The notes: generated from the letters alone by a model not told the origin. DNA of 64,000 nt from Octopus vulgaris (GCA_951406725.2 OX597827.1:32922001-32986000); one strand, 5' to 3'. Shown: positions 23,506 to 36,343, counted from the first letter of the stretch. Program-made: numbers and translations.

Positions 23506-26282
23506 AAATCTTAATGAAATCAGCAAACAATCAACGCTACTGAGCAACAAAAAGAAAACAAAAATACTCCGCAAATATAACATCACAGAAAAAGATTTAC
23601 CTGAGATAAAAGAAAAGCTGAAGCAAGATATCCTTGCTAAAGCACAAAGGATCCGCCGGTACGAGAAACGCCAGCGCTTCTTTGAACAAAACAAAAAGTT
23701 CAACTCCAACCCCAAAAAGTTCTACCAAGAACTTGGCAAAAATAAAATAGAAGTCACTGCAGCACCAACGGCAGAAGAATTTGAAGAATTCTGGAGAGAA
23801 ATATGGTCGGCGAACGAACAACCAAAATAAGGAGTATCAAAATAACAAACTCGGCATCTGAACAACTTTGGACCCCCATATCAACTGAAGAGGTCACCCA
23901 GGCACTGCAAAGACTAAGCAACTGGAAGGCACCAGGGCATGACAAGATCCCCAACTTCTGGTTGAAATATCTAACAGGAATGCACAAAAAGCTGGCTGAA
24001 AACTTTAACAACATACTAGCAGAGCCAGAGACAATGCCTGAATGGCTCACGAAGGGGAAAACCATCTTAATTCCCAAATCAAATGAGACAGCAAAACCAG
24101 AAAACTACAGACCAATAACCTGCCTCCCTACAATGTTCAAGGCATTTACTGCAGTGATATCGCAAAGGTTGAACAAGCACCTGGACGAAAACAAACTGTT
24201 CCCAGAAGAGCAGAAAGGATGCCGCAAAGGCTCATATGGCTGTAAAGATCAACTAATGATTAATAAAGCCATAACTGAAGACAGCTACAGAAAGAAGAAA
24301 GGCCTCAGTATGGCCTGGATTGACTACAAAAAGGCGTTTGATAGCATCCCCCACACATGGATCCTCGAAACACTAGCCATTAACAAAGTAGCACCAACAA
24401 TCATAAAATTCATAGAGCACTCTATGAATAAATGGCAAACAGTCCTACACCTCCAAACAAAAGAGGGAGTCATGAAAACCAAAGACATCCCCATTAGAAG
24501 AGGAATATTCCAGGGAGACACGCTCTCTCCACTCCTTTTCTGCTTGGCACTGTCACCTCTATCTGATATACTAAATAGAACTGGATGCGGATATAAATAT
24601 TACGGCAAAACGATCAGCCACCTTTTATATATGGATGACCTAAAACTATACGCTGCAAATGACAAACAGCTGGAAACACTATTAAAGACAGTTCATGGAT
24701 TTACCAAAGAAATAGATATGAAATTTGGATTAGAAAAATGTGCCAAAGTAACCATGAAAAGAGGAAAACTAGTTAAGAGTAGCAACATCACACTAGATAA
24801 AACCAATGAAATAAAAGAATTAGACCAAAGCCAAACTTACAAATACTTAGGAATCCATGAACTAGATAAGACACAACACACACAAATGAAAGAGAAAATA
24901 AAAAAAGAATATTATAGACGAGTTAGATCAATACTAAAAACAGAGCTCAATGCTAAAAACAAGATAATAGGTATTAACACTTTAGCTGTCCCAGTTATAA
25001 GTTACAGCTACAATATCCTTAACTGGACACGAAATGAACTGACCAAAATAGATAGGAAAACAAGAAAAATAATGAGAGGATCTAGGATGCATCACCGAAA
25101 ATCTGACATAGAAAGACTATATATACAACGTATAGAAGGTGGTAGAGGCCTTATACAACTGGAAAACTACTATAAAATAACCACCATAGGACTGCAAAAA
25201 TATCTACTTCAGAAGGAAGGAAAACTGATACAAGTAGCAGCAAAACACGAGCAAAACAAAAAACTGTTCTCAGTATTTAAGGAAGCTGACAAATACAAAC
25301 AAGAAATCATACCACCTAATAAATATGAAGAAGAAGAAGAAGATGAAGAAACAACAAAAGCTATAAAACAAATGAAATCCAAACTAAAAATAGAACAGCA
25401 ACGAACCATGATAAAACGATGGCAAGAAAAGCCCCTTCATGGTAAATACTGCACTAAACTAAACGCAAAAGAAATAGACAAAGAAAAATCCCAGCAATGG
25501 TTGAGAAGCTCAGGACTCAAAGCAGAAACAGAGGGATTTTTAATTGCAGCACAAGACCAAAGCCTCCTCACCAGAAATTACCAAAAACATGTAATGAAAA
25601 GAAATATAACAAGTAACTGCAGAATATGTGGAGATGGACAAGAAACAATAAATCATATTATCTCTAGCTGCCCAGTCCTGGCTAAGAAGGAATATATTCA
25701 CAGACATGACAGAGTTGGAACCTACATACATTGGAAGCTATGCCAACATTATGGAATAACAACAGAAAAAAGATGGTATAGGCACACACCAGAAAAGGTC
25801 ACAGAAAACGAGAAAGCAACCATACTCTGGGATATGCCGATACACACAGATAGAGAAATTAAGGCCAACAGACCAGATATAGTTGTCAGAGATCATGAAG
25901 AAAAAAATGCTTTCTAATTGATGTATCAATACCGGCAGATTACAACGTGCTCTAAAAGAAATGGAGAAACTCTCAAAATACAAAGACCTGGAAATAGAGG
26001 TAACCAGAATGTGGAATCTGAAAACAGAAACAATTCCTATCATAGTAGGTGCATTAGGCATGATAAAAAAATATTCAGACAAATACATAACAAAAACACC
26101 AGGACTTACAAACACATATAACATACAGAAAATTGCACTACTAGGCACTGCACATATCCTACGCAGAACACTTTCCATACAATAACCATCAGAGCATCAC
26201 AACAAATCACAACACATACCCAAGGCACACACAGCTGCACTCGGTAGTGAAGTGAAAGCACGCTATAAAAATAAAACTACTG
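23506..26282 (+). mobile_element. R4/Dong-clade RLE retrotransposon (subfamily A), 5'-truncated, young, few frameshifts
   Basis: 704-aa ORF 23803-25917 with RT motifs (APGHD, YRPITCL, WIDYKKAFDS, GIFQGDTLSPLLF, LLYMDDLKL, YKYLG), CCHC knuckle, RHD and PD. The RLE tail continues in 25961-26185. Flanked by (TAA)n on both sides; no APE domain seen. Confidence 0.95.
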
Positions 26283-26305
26283 AATAATAATAATAATAAT
26301 AATGA

Positions 26306-26854
26306 ATGCCCTGATGCAGTACCAGGCAGTGGCTCTCATGGCTTCTGATCTTAACTGATTGGAGGTGTTATCATGTACATTGTTTTGTCTTGGTATAAAA
26401 GATGGGCTACAGCAAATATTCTGCTCAATACCACAGATTTGCTTGTCAGTTGTTTGACCATAACCAGTTGAGCATGTCCCTTAGTGGCTGACAATACGTG
26501 CATCTCTGATCATGAGCAGAAGTAGTGGGGGAGCATCATAGCCATGTGTTGAGAGGAATTCTTTGAGGTTTGGATAATTCACCTTCGGAAACATGGGTGT
26601 TTCGTTCAACATCCTTAATCCTTATTCAAGGACCTTTTGAGTGGGATGGGCTACTCGACCTGAAGAAAATTCTAACTGGACCCCACCTGCAAGGTCATGT
26701 GCTGTTTATCTTGATATGAAATCATGTCGCGCACATATGGTTGTGATGCATGTGCCTCGTGTACCCTTATCAGATGGGTAGTCATGATGGGTATACTGGG
26801 CTTTGTATATTTTACCCTAGTGTCACTTTGATGGCATGCACGGCTCTCTCACTC
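26306..26854 (+). mobile_element. Family T element, full length
   Basis: Starts ATGCCCTGATGCAGTACCAGGCAG, ends GCTCTCTCACTC-(AAT)n; no long ORF. Confidence 0.88.
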
Positions 26855-26893
26855 AATAATAATGATAATGATAATAATAATTATAATAATAAT

Positions 26894-26934
<41 letters not shown>

Positions 26935-26936
<2 letters not shown>

Positions 26937-27490
26937 GCCCTGATGCAGTACCAGGCAGTGGCTCTCATGGCTTCTGATCTTAACTGATTGGAAGTGTTAT
27001 CATGTACATTGTTTTGTCTTGGTATAAAAGATGGGCTACAGCAAATATTCTGCTCAATACCACAGATTTGCTTGTCAGTTGTTTGACCTTAACCAGTTGA
27101 GCATGTCCCTTAGTGGCTGACGATATGTGCATCTCTGATCACGAGCAGAAGTAGTGGGGGAGCATCATAGCCATGTGTTGAGAAGGATTCTTTGGGGTTT
27201 GAATAATTCACCTCTGGAAACATGGGTGTTTCGTTCAACGTCCTTAAACAACCCTTATTCAGGGACCTTTTGAGCGGGATGGGTTACTCGATCTGAAGAA
27301 AATTCTAACTGGGCTCCACCTGCAAGGTCATATGCTGTTTATCTTGATATGAGATCACCATGTCACGCACATATGGTTGTGATGCATGTGCCTGGTGTAC
27401 CCTTATCAGACGGGTAGTCATGATGGGTATACTGGGCTTTGTATATTTTACCCCAGTGTCACTTTGATGGCATGCTCTGCTCGCTCACTC
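26935..27490 (+). mobile_element. Family T element, full length (tandem, separated by (TAA)n)
   Basis: Same termini as 26306-26854. Confidence 0.88.
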
Positions 27491-27518
27491 AATAATAATA
27501 ATAATAATAATAATAAAA

Positions 27519-27562
<44 letters not shown>

Positions 27563-27614
27563 AATAATAATAATCATAATAATAATAATAATGATAATGA
27601 TGATGATGATGATG

Positions 27615-27672
<58 letters not shown>

Positions 27673-27769
27673 AAATAATAATAATAATAATAATGATGAT
27701 AATAATAATGATAATAATAATGATGATAACAACAACAACAACAACAATGATGATGATGATGATAATAAT

Positions 27770-27965
27770 AATCCTTTCTACTAAAGGCACAAGGGGATAG
27801 TTGATTACATTGACCCCAGTACTCAACTGGTACTTATTTTATCAACCCCGAAAGAATAAAAGGCTAAGTTGACCTCACCGGAATTTGAACTCAGAATGTA
27901 AAGAAGGTTGAAATGCCACTATTAATTTTGCTAAGCATGGTAATGATTCTGCCAGCTCACCAATA
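27770..27965 (-). mobile_element. SINE head type C
   Basis: Homologous to the 5800-7568 units; other copies at ~37270-37480, 40770-40955, 49530-49710, 51800-51965, 57975-58220, 62900-63047. Confidence 0.8.
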
Positions 27966-28843
27966 ATAATTTTTTCTTTATTAACCACTAAGGGTTTGCA
28001 AAAAAATTGGGGACAAAACAGGACAATTCAATGTCGGGTTACATAAAAGGTGTGTGAAAAGTAAAAAGCAGGAACAGCATAAAATTTTAACAATGAATAA
28101 TTCCCCAAAAGAGGGAGACTTCCTGGAGATGCTTGTAGAAACCCCACAAACCTGGGTGACCCTGTCTAGTAGGGCAAGTGCCTTCTCCATACCGTCTACA
28201 GGCACATGCTTAGAGTAGGCCCATTCATCTGGACCATTCTTGCCATATTTACCCATAAAATTGCTGGGAGGCAACACTTGTCTCTCTACTCTCACTTTCC
28301 TTTGCAAGTGAATCTTGAAAAAGTTGATAAGAGCTTGGCCAAAGAAGAAAGTATCTGTTTTCAGCCCATCACACAACCTCTTTTGCTAAGGCCACCAGAC
28401 AAAGAAACTGCCTGCCCTTGCTGGTCAAAGGAAGGTGGCAGGATGATCTCCACAATGGACTCAGCTGATAGTTGGAGCCATCCTACATGTAACAGCAGGT
28501 GTTTAACACAATTCCCTCAATTCAGCAATGCTCAGCCACTGGATGAGAGTATGCAGAGGTTTTGTCACTCTGCAAGCATCTTCAGCAAGCCTGGCTGACA
28601 GCACTTCCATGCCTGCAGAATTTATCCCAAACCAAAGCACTAGGAACCTTAACAAACACTATCAGTGTGTGGACTTTGAAGATGATAGTATTTGTTATGG
28701 TCACTCAATTTTTTTTGATTGGTCAATCAACTGAATGAGTAAATGGAATTATGAATGTACATATAATACACATCAGAAACAGCTTAAGCCTAAGATTCAC
28801 AAATAAAGAAATATGTAAGGCCTATTAATTATACCTTCTCTTA

Positions 28844-28888
<45 letters not shown>

Positions 28889-28892
<4 letters not shown>

Positions 28893-29265
28893 GCACTCCA
28901 TTGGTTACGACGAAGAGGGTTCCAGTTGATCCGATCAACGGAACAGCTTGCTCGTGAAATTAACGTGCAAGTGGCTGAGTACTCCACAGACACGTATACC
29001 CTTAACGTAGTTTTTGGGGGAGAGTCAGCATGACAGAGGCTGGCTCCTTTGAAATACAGGTACAACAGAAACAAGAAGAAAGAGTGAGAGAAAGTTGTGG
29101 TGAAAGAGTACAGCAGGGTTCGCTCCTCCCACCCTTCTGCTGGAGCTTTATGGAGCCTTAGGTGTTTTCGCTCAATAAATACTCATAATGGCCAGTCTGG
29201 GAATTGAAACTGCAATTCTACAACCGCAAGTTTGCTGCCCTAACCACTGGGCCATTGTGCCTCCA
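28889..29265 (-). mobile_element. tRNA-derived SINE (head A, tail type 2)
   Basis: Head A followed by TTTCTGTTGTACCTGTATTTCAAAGG..GGAGTACTCAGCCACTTGCACG..GGAGTGCCAC; tail start shared with 6233-6300. Confidence 0.8.
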
Positions 29266-29404
29266 CACACACACATAATGTAGGTATGTAAAATTCAAGC
29301 TGTTTCCTCTTGAAACAAATTTACTTATTCCAGTACTCCAATTCTGTATATAGTTGCTACATTTATGTGAGGAACATATTAGACAATACAGTTCTATACT
29401 TAAG

Positions 29405-29658
29405 AGATGAGGAATTATGTACATTATTTACATTTGATGGATATCTGTCCTCATCTTGTTCGTTGTTATCATAACATTTTGGTTGATATACCCTTCAGCA
29501 TTCATCATGGGTTCTCATTCCTAAGGTATTTTTTATGTTTTTGTTGTTGTTGTTGTTATTATTATTATTATTATTATTATTACAATTATTATTATTATTA
29601 TTATTATTTTTACAATTATTATCATTATTATTATTATTATTATTATTATTACAATTAC

Positions 29659-29708
<50 letters not shown>

Positions 29709-29773
29709 CGGTCACTGCCTGGAATCGAACTCGGAATCTTGGGGTTAGTAGCCCTAGCTTTTAACCACGGGCA
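29405..29773 (-). mobile_element. tRNA-like head + (TAA)n + Penelope-type hammerhead tail (decayed copy)
   Basis: Minus strand: GTGGTTAA..GGGCTACTAACCC..GAGTTCGATTCCAGGCAGTGACCGG-(AAT)n-(AAC)n-AAAAATACCTTAGGAATGAGAACCC..TGATGAATGCTGAAGGGTATATCAACCAAAATG..; the tail is the inverted homolog of 33740-33905. Confidence 0.7.
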
Positions 29774-29774
29774 T

Positions 29775-29991
29775 GCGGGATGGGCTACTCAACCTGAAGA
29801 AAATTCTAACTGGGCCCCACCTGCAAGGTCATGTGCTGTTTATCTTGATATGAGATCACCATGTCACGCACATATGGTTGTGATGCATGTGCCTGGTGTA
29901 CCCTTATCAGACGGGTAGTCATGATGGGTATATTGGGCTTCGTATATTTTACTCCAGTGTCACTTTGATGGCATGCACTGCTCTCTCACTC
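29775..29991 (+). mobile_element. Family T element, 5'-truncated
   Basis: Last ~215 nt of the family T consensus, followed by (AAT)n. Confidence 0.85.
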
Positions 29992-30025
29992 AATAATAAT
30001 AATAATAATAATTGTAATAATGATA

Positions 30026-30081
<56 letters not shown>

Positions 30082-30117
30082 TGTAATAATAATAATTGTA
30101 ATAATAATAATAATAAT

Positions 30118-33100
30118 AAGACAGAAACACCTTGAAGTAAGACCCTACATAGACAGTAACAAACTTGCCAACGTCAGAAGAAACATTATAAAAAAAAAAT
30201 TACTGACTGAAGTAGAGATTGATCAAATTAGACAAGCAGTAACGGATAGAATGAACGAAGCAGCAGCTAGAGAAGATAATACAGAGGAAATAATTATAGA
30301 CCAGCTCAGAGCTAATAAAAACGAAGTAAGGATTGAAAGAGTTAGTATAAGTGATAGGCAAAGTGAAATACTCCCTGAACCAAATATAAACACTAAGACA
30401 GATGAACATCAAATAGATGAAGAAAGTCACACAAATATTGACCCGACAGAACTACATGAGCTAAAAAGTCAAATCATGATTGAATGGCTGAAAATTAAAG
30501 AAACCAGTATGGATGAACGTGATACACTCCCTAAAATCCGCAACTCTAACCAAAACATGAAAATAATTGGTAAAACCCGGCTTGCACTTAAGGATATAAT
30601 TTCAGCTAATGATGTTGATATCACAGATCTCAACCACCTATACTATGCATCCGCGAAAATCTCAACGATCCTATGTGGTGAAAAGATTAGAAAACGGCAA
30701 CATTTCCACAAAAAGCCTTCTTGGCAAGAGCGTATCCAACAACAAATTAAACAATTTAGATCTGACATTGAATATTTGAAAAACCTTAAGGTTCATAAGA
30801 CTACCAAACCTACAAAAACCCAAAAACTAATGAAAAAATATAATATGAAAACTATACTTGATATTGATGCCACCATAGAAACTATCAAGCAAAAGGTATC
30901 TGCTAAAGCTGCCCGCATAGCGAGGTATGAAAAGCGTGTTAGATTCTTCAGGGACAACAACATGTTCAAAAATAATCCCAAAAATGTTTACAGGAAGATA
31001 GGAAAAACAACAGTTACTGTAAAGTCTGTACCATCAAAAGAAGAAGTGCAGGGATTTTGGAATAAAATTTGGGCAGAAGAAAAAACACACAGCGAAAAGG
31101 CCCCTGGATTGATAGAATATCTAAAGAACTGGACTCCTTAGAAGAGCAAAAGTGGGAGGGTGTCAAGGTAGAAGATATAAGATCTGCTCTCAGGAGGTCA
31201 AGCAAATGGATGTCTCCAGGAAAGGATAAAATCTCTAACTTTTGGTTGAATGCCTTCCCAGAGAGCCATGGACTGCTAACAGAACTTTACAATGATGTTT
31301 TGCAACACCCTAGTAGGATGCCTCCTTGGCTAGTTAATGGGTTAACATTCCTGCTTCCAAAAAGTGAAGAAACAAATGAACCAAAAAACTATAGACCCAT
31401 AACCTGCTTAACAACTATGTATAAAACACTAACATCTGTCCTGACGGAATATACCTATAGTTTTTTGACAGACAGCAGCATATTCCCTAATGAACAGAAA
31501 GGATGTAAACATGGATCCTACGGTTGTAAAGATCAACTACTCATCAATAAGATGATCTTAGAAGATTGTCACAAACGACACAAAAACTTATCAATAGCCT
31601 GGATAGACTATAAAATACCACATAGCTGGATTAAGAAATGCCTAGAAATGTATAAGATAGCACCTACCCTGCGAAACTTTTTGTCTGTAAGTATGAGATC
31701 ATGGAGAACCACACTAACTTTGAACAGTGACAATGAATCTCTAAATGCTGGTGATGTAAAAATTTCATGTGGCATTTTCCAGGGTGACTCACTATCACCA
31801 CTCCTCTTCTGTTTAGCCTTAATACCTCTCTCAAAACTGCTCAATGACGCGCAGTACGGGTATAAAATGTTTGATAAAAATATAAATCATCTCATTTACA
31901 TGGATGATTTAAAGCTCTTTGCAAAAAATGACCAACAACTCAAGGGCTTACTAGCGATTGTCAAACAATTCAGTGATGACATCAGAATGCAATTTGGCCT
32001 CGATAAGTGTGCAAAAGCTACCTTTATCAAAGGAAAAATGACAGAAACATCTAACGTTAACCTTGACCAGCAGAATGTCATAAAAGAATTAGACCCAGCA
32101 GAGAACTACAAGTATCTAGGGGTAGTTGAAGGAGAAGGAATAAGGCATTCAGAGATGAAGGAAAGGATCAGGAGAGAATGTTATCGCAGAGTAAGAGCAA
32201 TACTCAAGACAGAGCTGAATGCGAGAAACAGGATCGAAGCGATCAATGCATTAGCTATACCAGTTGTGACTTACAGTTTCAATATCGTTAACTGGTCAAT
32301 TACTGAAATATGTAATCTTGACAGAAAAATTTGAAAACTGTTGACAATGCATAGAATGCACCACCCTAAGGCAGATACAGAACAACTTTATCTGCCAAGA
32401 AAAGAGGGAGGCCGTGGACTTTTACAACTGGCAATAACAATGAAGATTGCTACAATTGGCCTAGACACCTACCTGAAAAACTCTGAGGACTGAATGTTAA
32501 AACTTGTCTCAAAACATGAAAACAAGAAAGCATCATACTCAGTAACAAAACAGGCAAAGGAATATCTAAGTGAATTCCGAATACAAAAAATTTCGGAATT
32601 AGAGATAGACATACAAGAAACAGGCACAGAAAAAGCTAAGCGCATGAAAACCCGTGCTAAATCTGCGGCCTTAGATATTCTGAATGATAAATGGCAAGAA
32701 AAACCTCTCTATGGCAAATACCCAAAGAGAGCAAATAATGCAGATGTTGACAAAGCCCTGACCCATCAATGGCTCATGGCCTCTGGCTTAAAATCTGAAA
32801 CAGAGGGGTTTATCATAGCAGCTCAAGATCAATGCCTACCAACAAGAAACTACCAGGCCAACATATTAAAGATCAGAAGCAGTCCAACGTGTCGTGTATG
32901 CCAGCAACAAAATGAAACCATTGACCATGTGGTCTCCAAGTGCAGTCTTCTAGCGCCTACAGAGTATCTCAGCAGACACGATAGAGCTGCACAATATATT
33001 CACTGGGTAATCTGCAAAAACCTGGACTTGCCCCATGAAAAAAACTGGTGGGAACACAAACCACCCCCAGTGCTTGAAAATGACCACATCTCACTCCTCT

Positions 33101-33671
33101 GGAACTTCACCATTCAAACTGACAGAAAGATAGATGCAAATAGGCCAGACATCATATTGAAAGACTTCAAACAAAGAACATGCCTCTTCATTGATATGAC
33201 TGTCCCAATCGATATAAACGTATCTGTCAAGACCTACCTAAAACTGAGCAAATATAAAGATCTTGAAATAGAAATCAGCAAAATGTGGAACCTGAAGACT
33301 AAAACAATACCTGTTGTCATAGGTGCCCTGGGAATGATAGCAAATGGGGCTGATAGCTACCTAACTCAGATACCAAGAAACACAAAAATGGCAGAAATTC
33401 AAAAGATAGTGCTCATGGGAACTGCTCATATCCTACGCAAAATACTTTCTATGTAATCTCAAGGTTTAAAACAAACATAATTTTCGGTTTAAAAAAAAAA
33501 AAAAAGTTTTTATTTTTTTAGACATTCATTAGTACAACACCAAAAGCTACCCCCCAAATATATGGCACACTAGCCATAACAACAACATGAACTTCCAACC
33601 TGTTGTCTCTTGAGGTCTCTGGGTGAGACTTGGAGCCAACTTGTACAAATATAAAGCAAAACTCAAACATA

Positions 33672-33672
<1 letters not shown>
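30118..33672 (+). mobile_element. R4/Dong-clade RLE retrotransposon (subfamily B), long copy with frameshift and stops
   Basis: ORFs 30020-31141, 31069-32334, 32494-33456: RIARYEKR, YRPITCL, GIFQGDSLSPLLF, IYMDDLKL, CRVC..ETIDHVVSKC, RHD, RPDII..D. Both ends in (TAA)n; 3'UTR differs from subfamily A. Confidence 0.95.
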
Positions 33673-33739
<67 letters not shown>

Positions 33740-33799
33740 GCAACAACAACATCAAAAAATACCTTAGGAATGAGAACTCAGGTTCAAAATTTTCCCAAG

Positions 33800-33844
33800 A
33801 CACCTGATGAAGGCTGGAGGGTATATCAGCCGAAACGTTGAGTT
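33800..33844 (+). ncRNA. Minimal hammerhead ribozyme motif in a Penelope-type tail (33740-33905)
   Basis: ACAC-CTGATGA-A-GGCTG(GAGGGTATAT)CAGCC-GAAAC-GTT-GAGT: intact core, perfect 5-bp stem II, palindrome AACGTT; stem I has one mismatch. Confidence 0.65.
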
Positions 33845-34777
33845 AACAACAAACAAGATGAGGACAAATATCCATCAAATGTAAATAATATAAATAATGT
33901 ACATGATGAACGTACTGGAGTTGAACATTCTGGAAATATTGTTTGCAGAGTTATATAACATAACAGCAAGTTGGAAAAATTTTTTAGAATTACTCATTCA
34001 CCATTACACGTTTCATTTGCAAATAGAAATCACAAAATTGCACATGTGGGATACACATGTAAGAAATTTCCTATTAGAATTTCTAACAGGAAATTTCATA
34101 CATGTTTCTCCTACAAGTACAATTTTGTAATTCATATTAGCAAACAAAACATGTTTAATGGTGAATAAATAATGCTAAAAATGTTTCCCACTTCCTCATA
34201 TGTTATGTGTGTGTGTGTGTGTGTGTGTGTATGTCTTTTGTTTGTATTTCTAAGGTATGTAATAATCTTTATTATTCCCAAATATATTTGAACTAGTCCT
34301 AATCTTGGTTGTTATAGGCACCACATTTCAGTTATTGTACTCTTCAGCCTACTTCAGGCATCTTCAGGCATATAGTGAAGAGCATTCTTGGAATTTGGAA
34401 CTAACCCCTTTCTCAAATCTATGGGGACAGATTGTTCTCGTTCCATTGTCTTTAATAAGGATATCTCCTCAGTAAGTATTTTATTATTCATAATGTGGGG
34501 ACTTTGTTATGCTTTGACTAGGGTACATATAGCTTGACTGGCTGAGGGATTGAACAGCCCTACTTCTCCATGGATTTAATCAAAAGCTTGGTTCAAATTC
34601 CAAGAATATTACAAGATAATAGGCACAAGTGTGGCTGTGTGGTTAAGATGCTTGCTTCCTAACCACATGGTTTTGGGTTCAATCCCATTCTGTGGTAACT
34701 TGGGAAAATGTCTTGGGTTGACCAAAGCCTTGTGAGTGAAACTGGTAAAAAGAAACTGAAAGAAACCCATTCTATGC

Positions 34778-34808
<31 letters not shown>

Positions 34809-35086
34809 TGTATGTATGTGTATATATCATCATCATCACCATCATTGTTTAATGTCCGTTTTCCATGCTGGCATGGGTTGGACGATTCAACTGGGGTCTG
34901 GGAAGCCAAAAAGGCTGCACCAGGCTCCAGTCTGATCTGGCAATGTTTCTACAACTGAATGCCCTGCCTAATGCCAACCACTCCAAGAGTGTAGCGGGTG
35001 CTTTTTTTACATGCCACCAGCACATATATATGAGTTTGTGTGTATATATATACATATTTATGTGTGTGTATATATATATATATATA

Positions 35087-36245
35087 TCATCATCATCATC
35101 ATCATCATTGTTTAACGTCTGTTTTCCATGCTAGCATGGGTTGGACGGTTTTGACTGAGGGCTGGCAACCAGATGGCTGCACCAGGCTGCAGTGTTGATC
35201 TGGCAGAGTTTCTACAGCTGGATGCCCTTCCTGATGCCAACCACTCTGAAAGTGTAGTGGGTGCTTTTTATGTGCCACCTGCACGGGGGCCAGTCAGGCG
35301 GTACTGGCAATGACCTCGCTCGAATGGTGCCCTTTTACGTGCCATGGGTACAGAAGCCAGTTGGCTGCTCTGGCAATGGTCACCATGATCACGCTCGGAT
35401 GGTGTTCTTGGTACCCTACTAGCACAGGCATAAGTGCCAGTAAGGCGACACTGGTAACGATCATACTCGAATAGCCTCTCTGTCAACGATCACACTCACA
35501 TGGTGCTCTTTGCTAGCACGGATCGAAATGATTTTGATTTTGATTTTAATTTCACTTGCCACAATAGATCTTCGCAAGCAAAGTTTAGTGACGAAAGAAG
35601 GAAAAGCTACGCATAAGCGGGCTGGTTATGGTTTCATCTGACTTGCCAGGTCTTCTCGAGCACAGCATATTTCCAAAGGTCTCGGTCTCTAGTCATTTCC
35701 TTGGTGAGGCCTAATGTTCGAAGGTCGTGCTTCACCACTTCATCCCAGGTCTTCCTGGGTCTACCTCTTCCCAAGGTTCCCTCAACGGCTAGTGTGTGGC
35801 AATTTTTGACACAGCTATCCTCATCCATTCTCACCACATGACCATACCAACGCAGTCGTCTCTCTGGCACACCACATCTAATGCTTCTTAGGTCCAACTT
35901 TTCTCTCAAGGTACTTACACTCTTTTGAGTATGCACACTGACATTACACATCCATCGCATCATACTGGCTTCATTCCTTGCGAACTTACACATATCCTCA
36001 GCAGTCACAGCCCATGTCTCACTGCCATGTAGCATGGCTGTTCGTACACATGCATCATACAGTCTACCTTTTACTCTGAGCGAGAGGCCTTTTGTCACCA
36101 GCAGAGGTAAGAGCTCTCTGAACTTTGCCCAAGCTATTCTTATTCTAGCAACTAAACTTTCAGTGCACCCTCCTCTGCTACTGGTTTGGTCACCTAGATA
36201 AAGGAAGCTATCAACTACTTCTAGTTTTTCTTCCTGGAATGTGGC
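35087..36245 (-). mobile_element. RTE-clade LINE, 5'-truncated
   Basis: [38 protein letters not shown] plus 3'UTR and (GAT)n tail; further 3'UTR stub at 34823-35015. Confidence 0.92.
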
Positions 36246-36273
36246 GGAAGTGGGTCTCTGTGCATTTAAAGTG

Positions 36274-36343
<70 letters not shown>

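Noticed and set aside
26306-26330. Family T 5' CCCTGATGCAG as a hammerhead or C/D-box start
   Set aside because: CTGATGC breaks the CUGANGA core, and no GAAA or terminal stem pairing was found.
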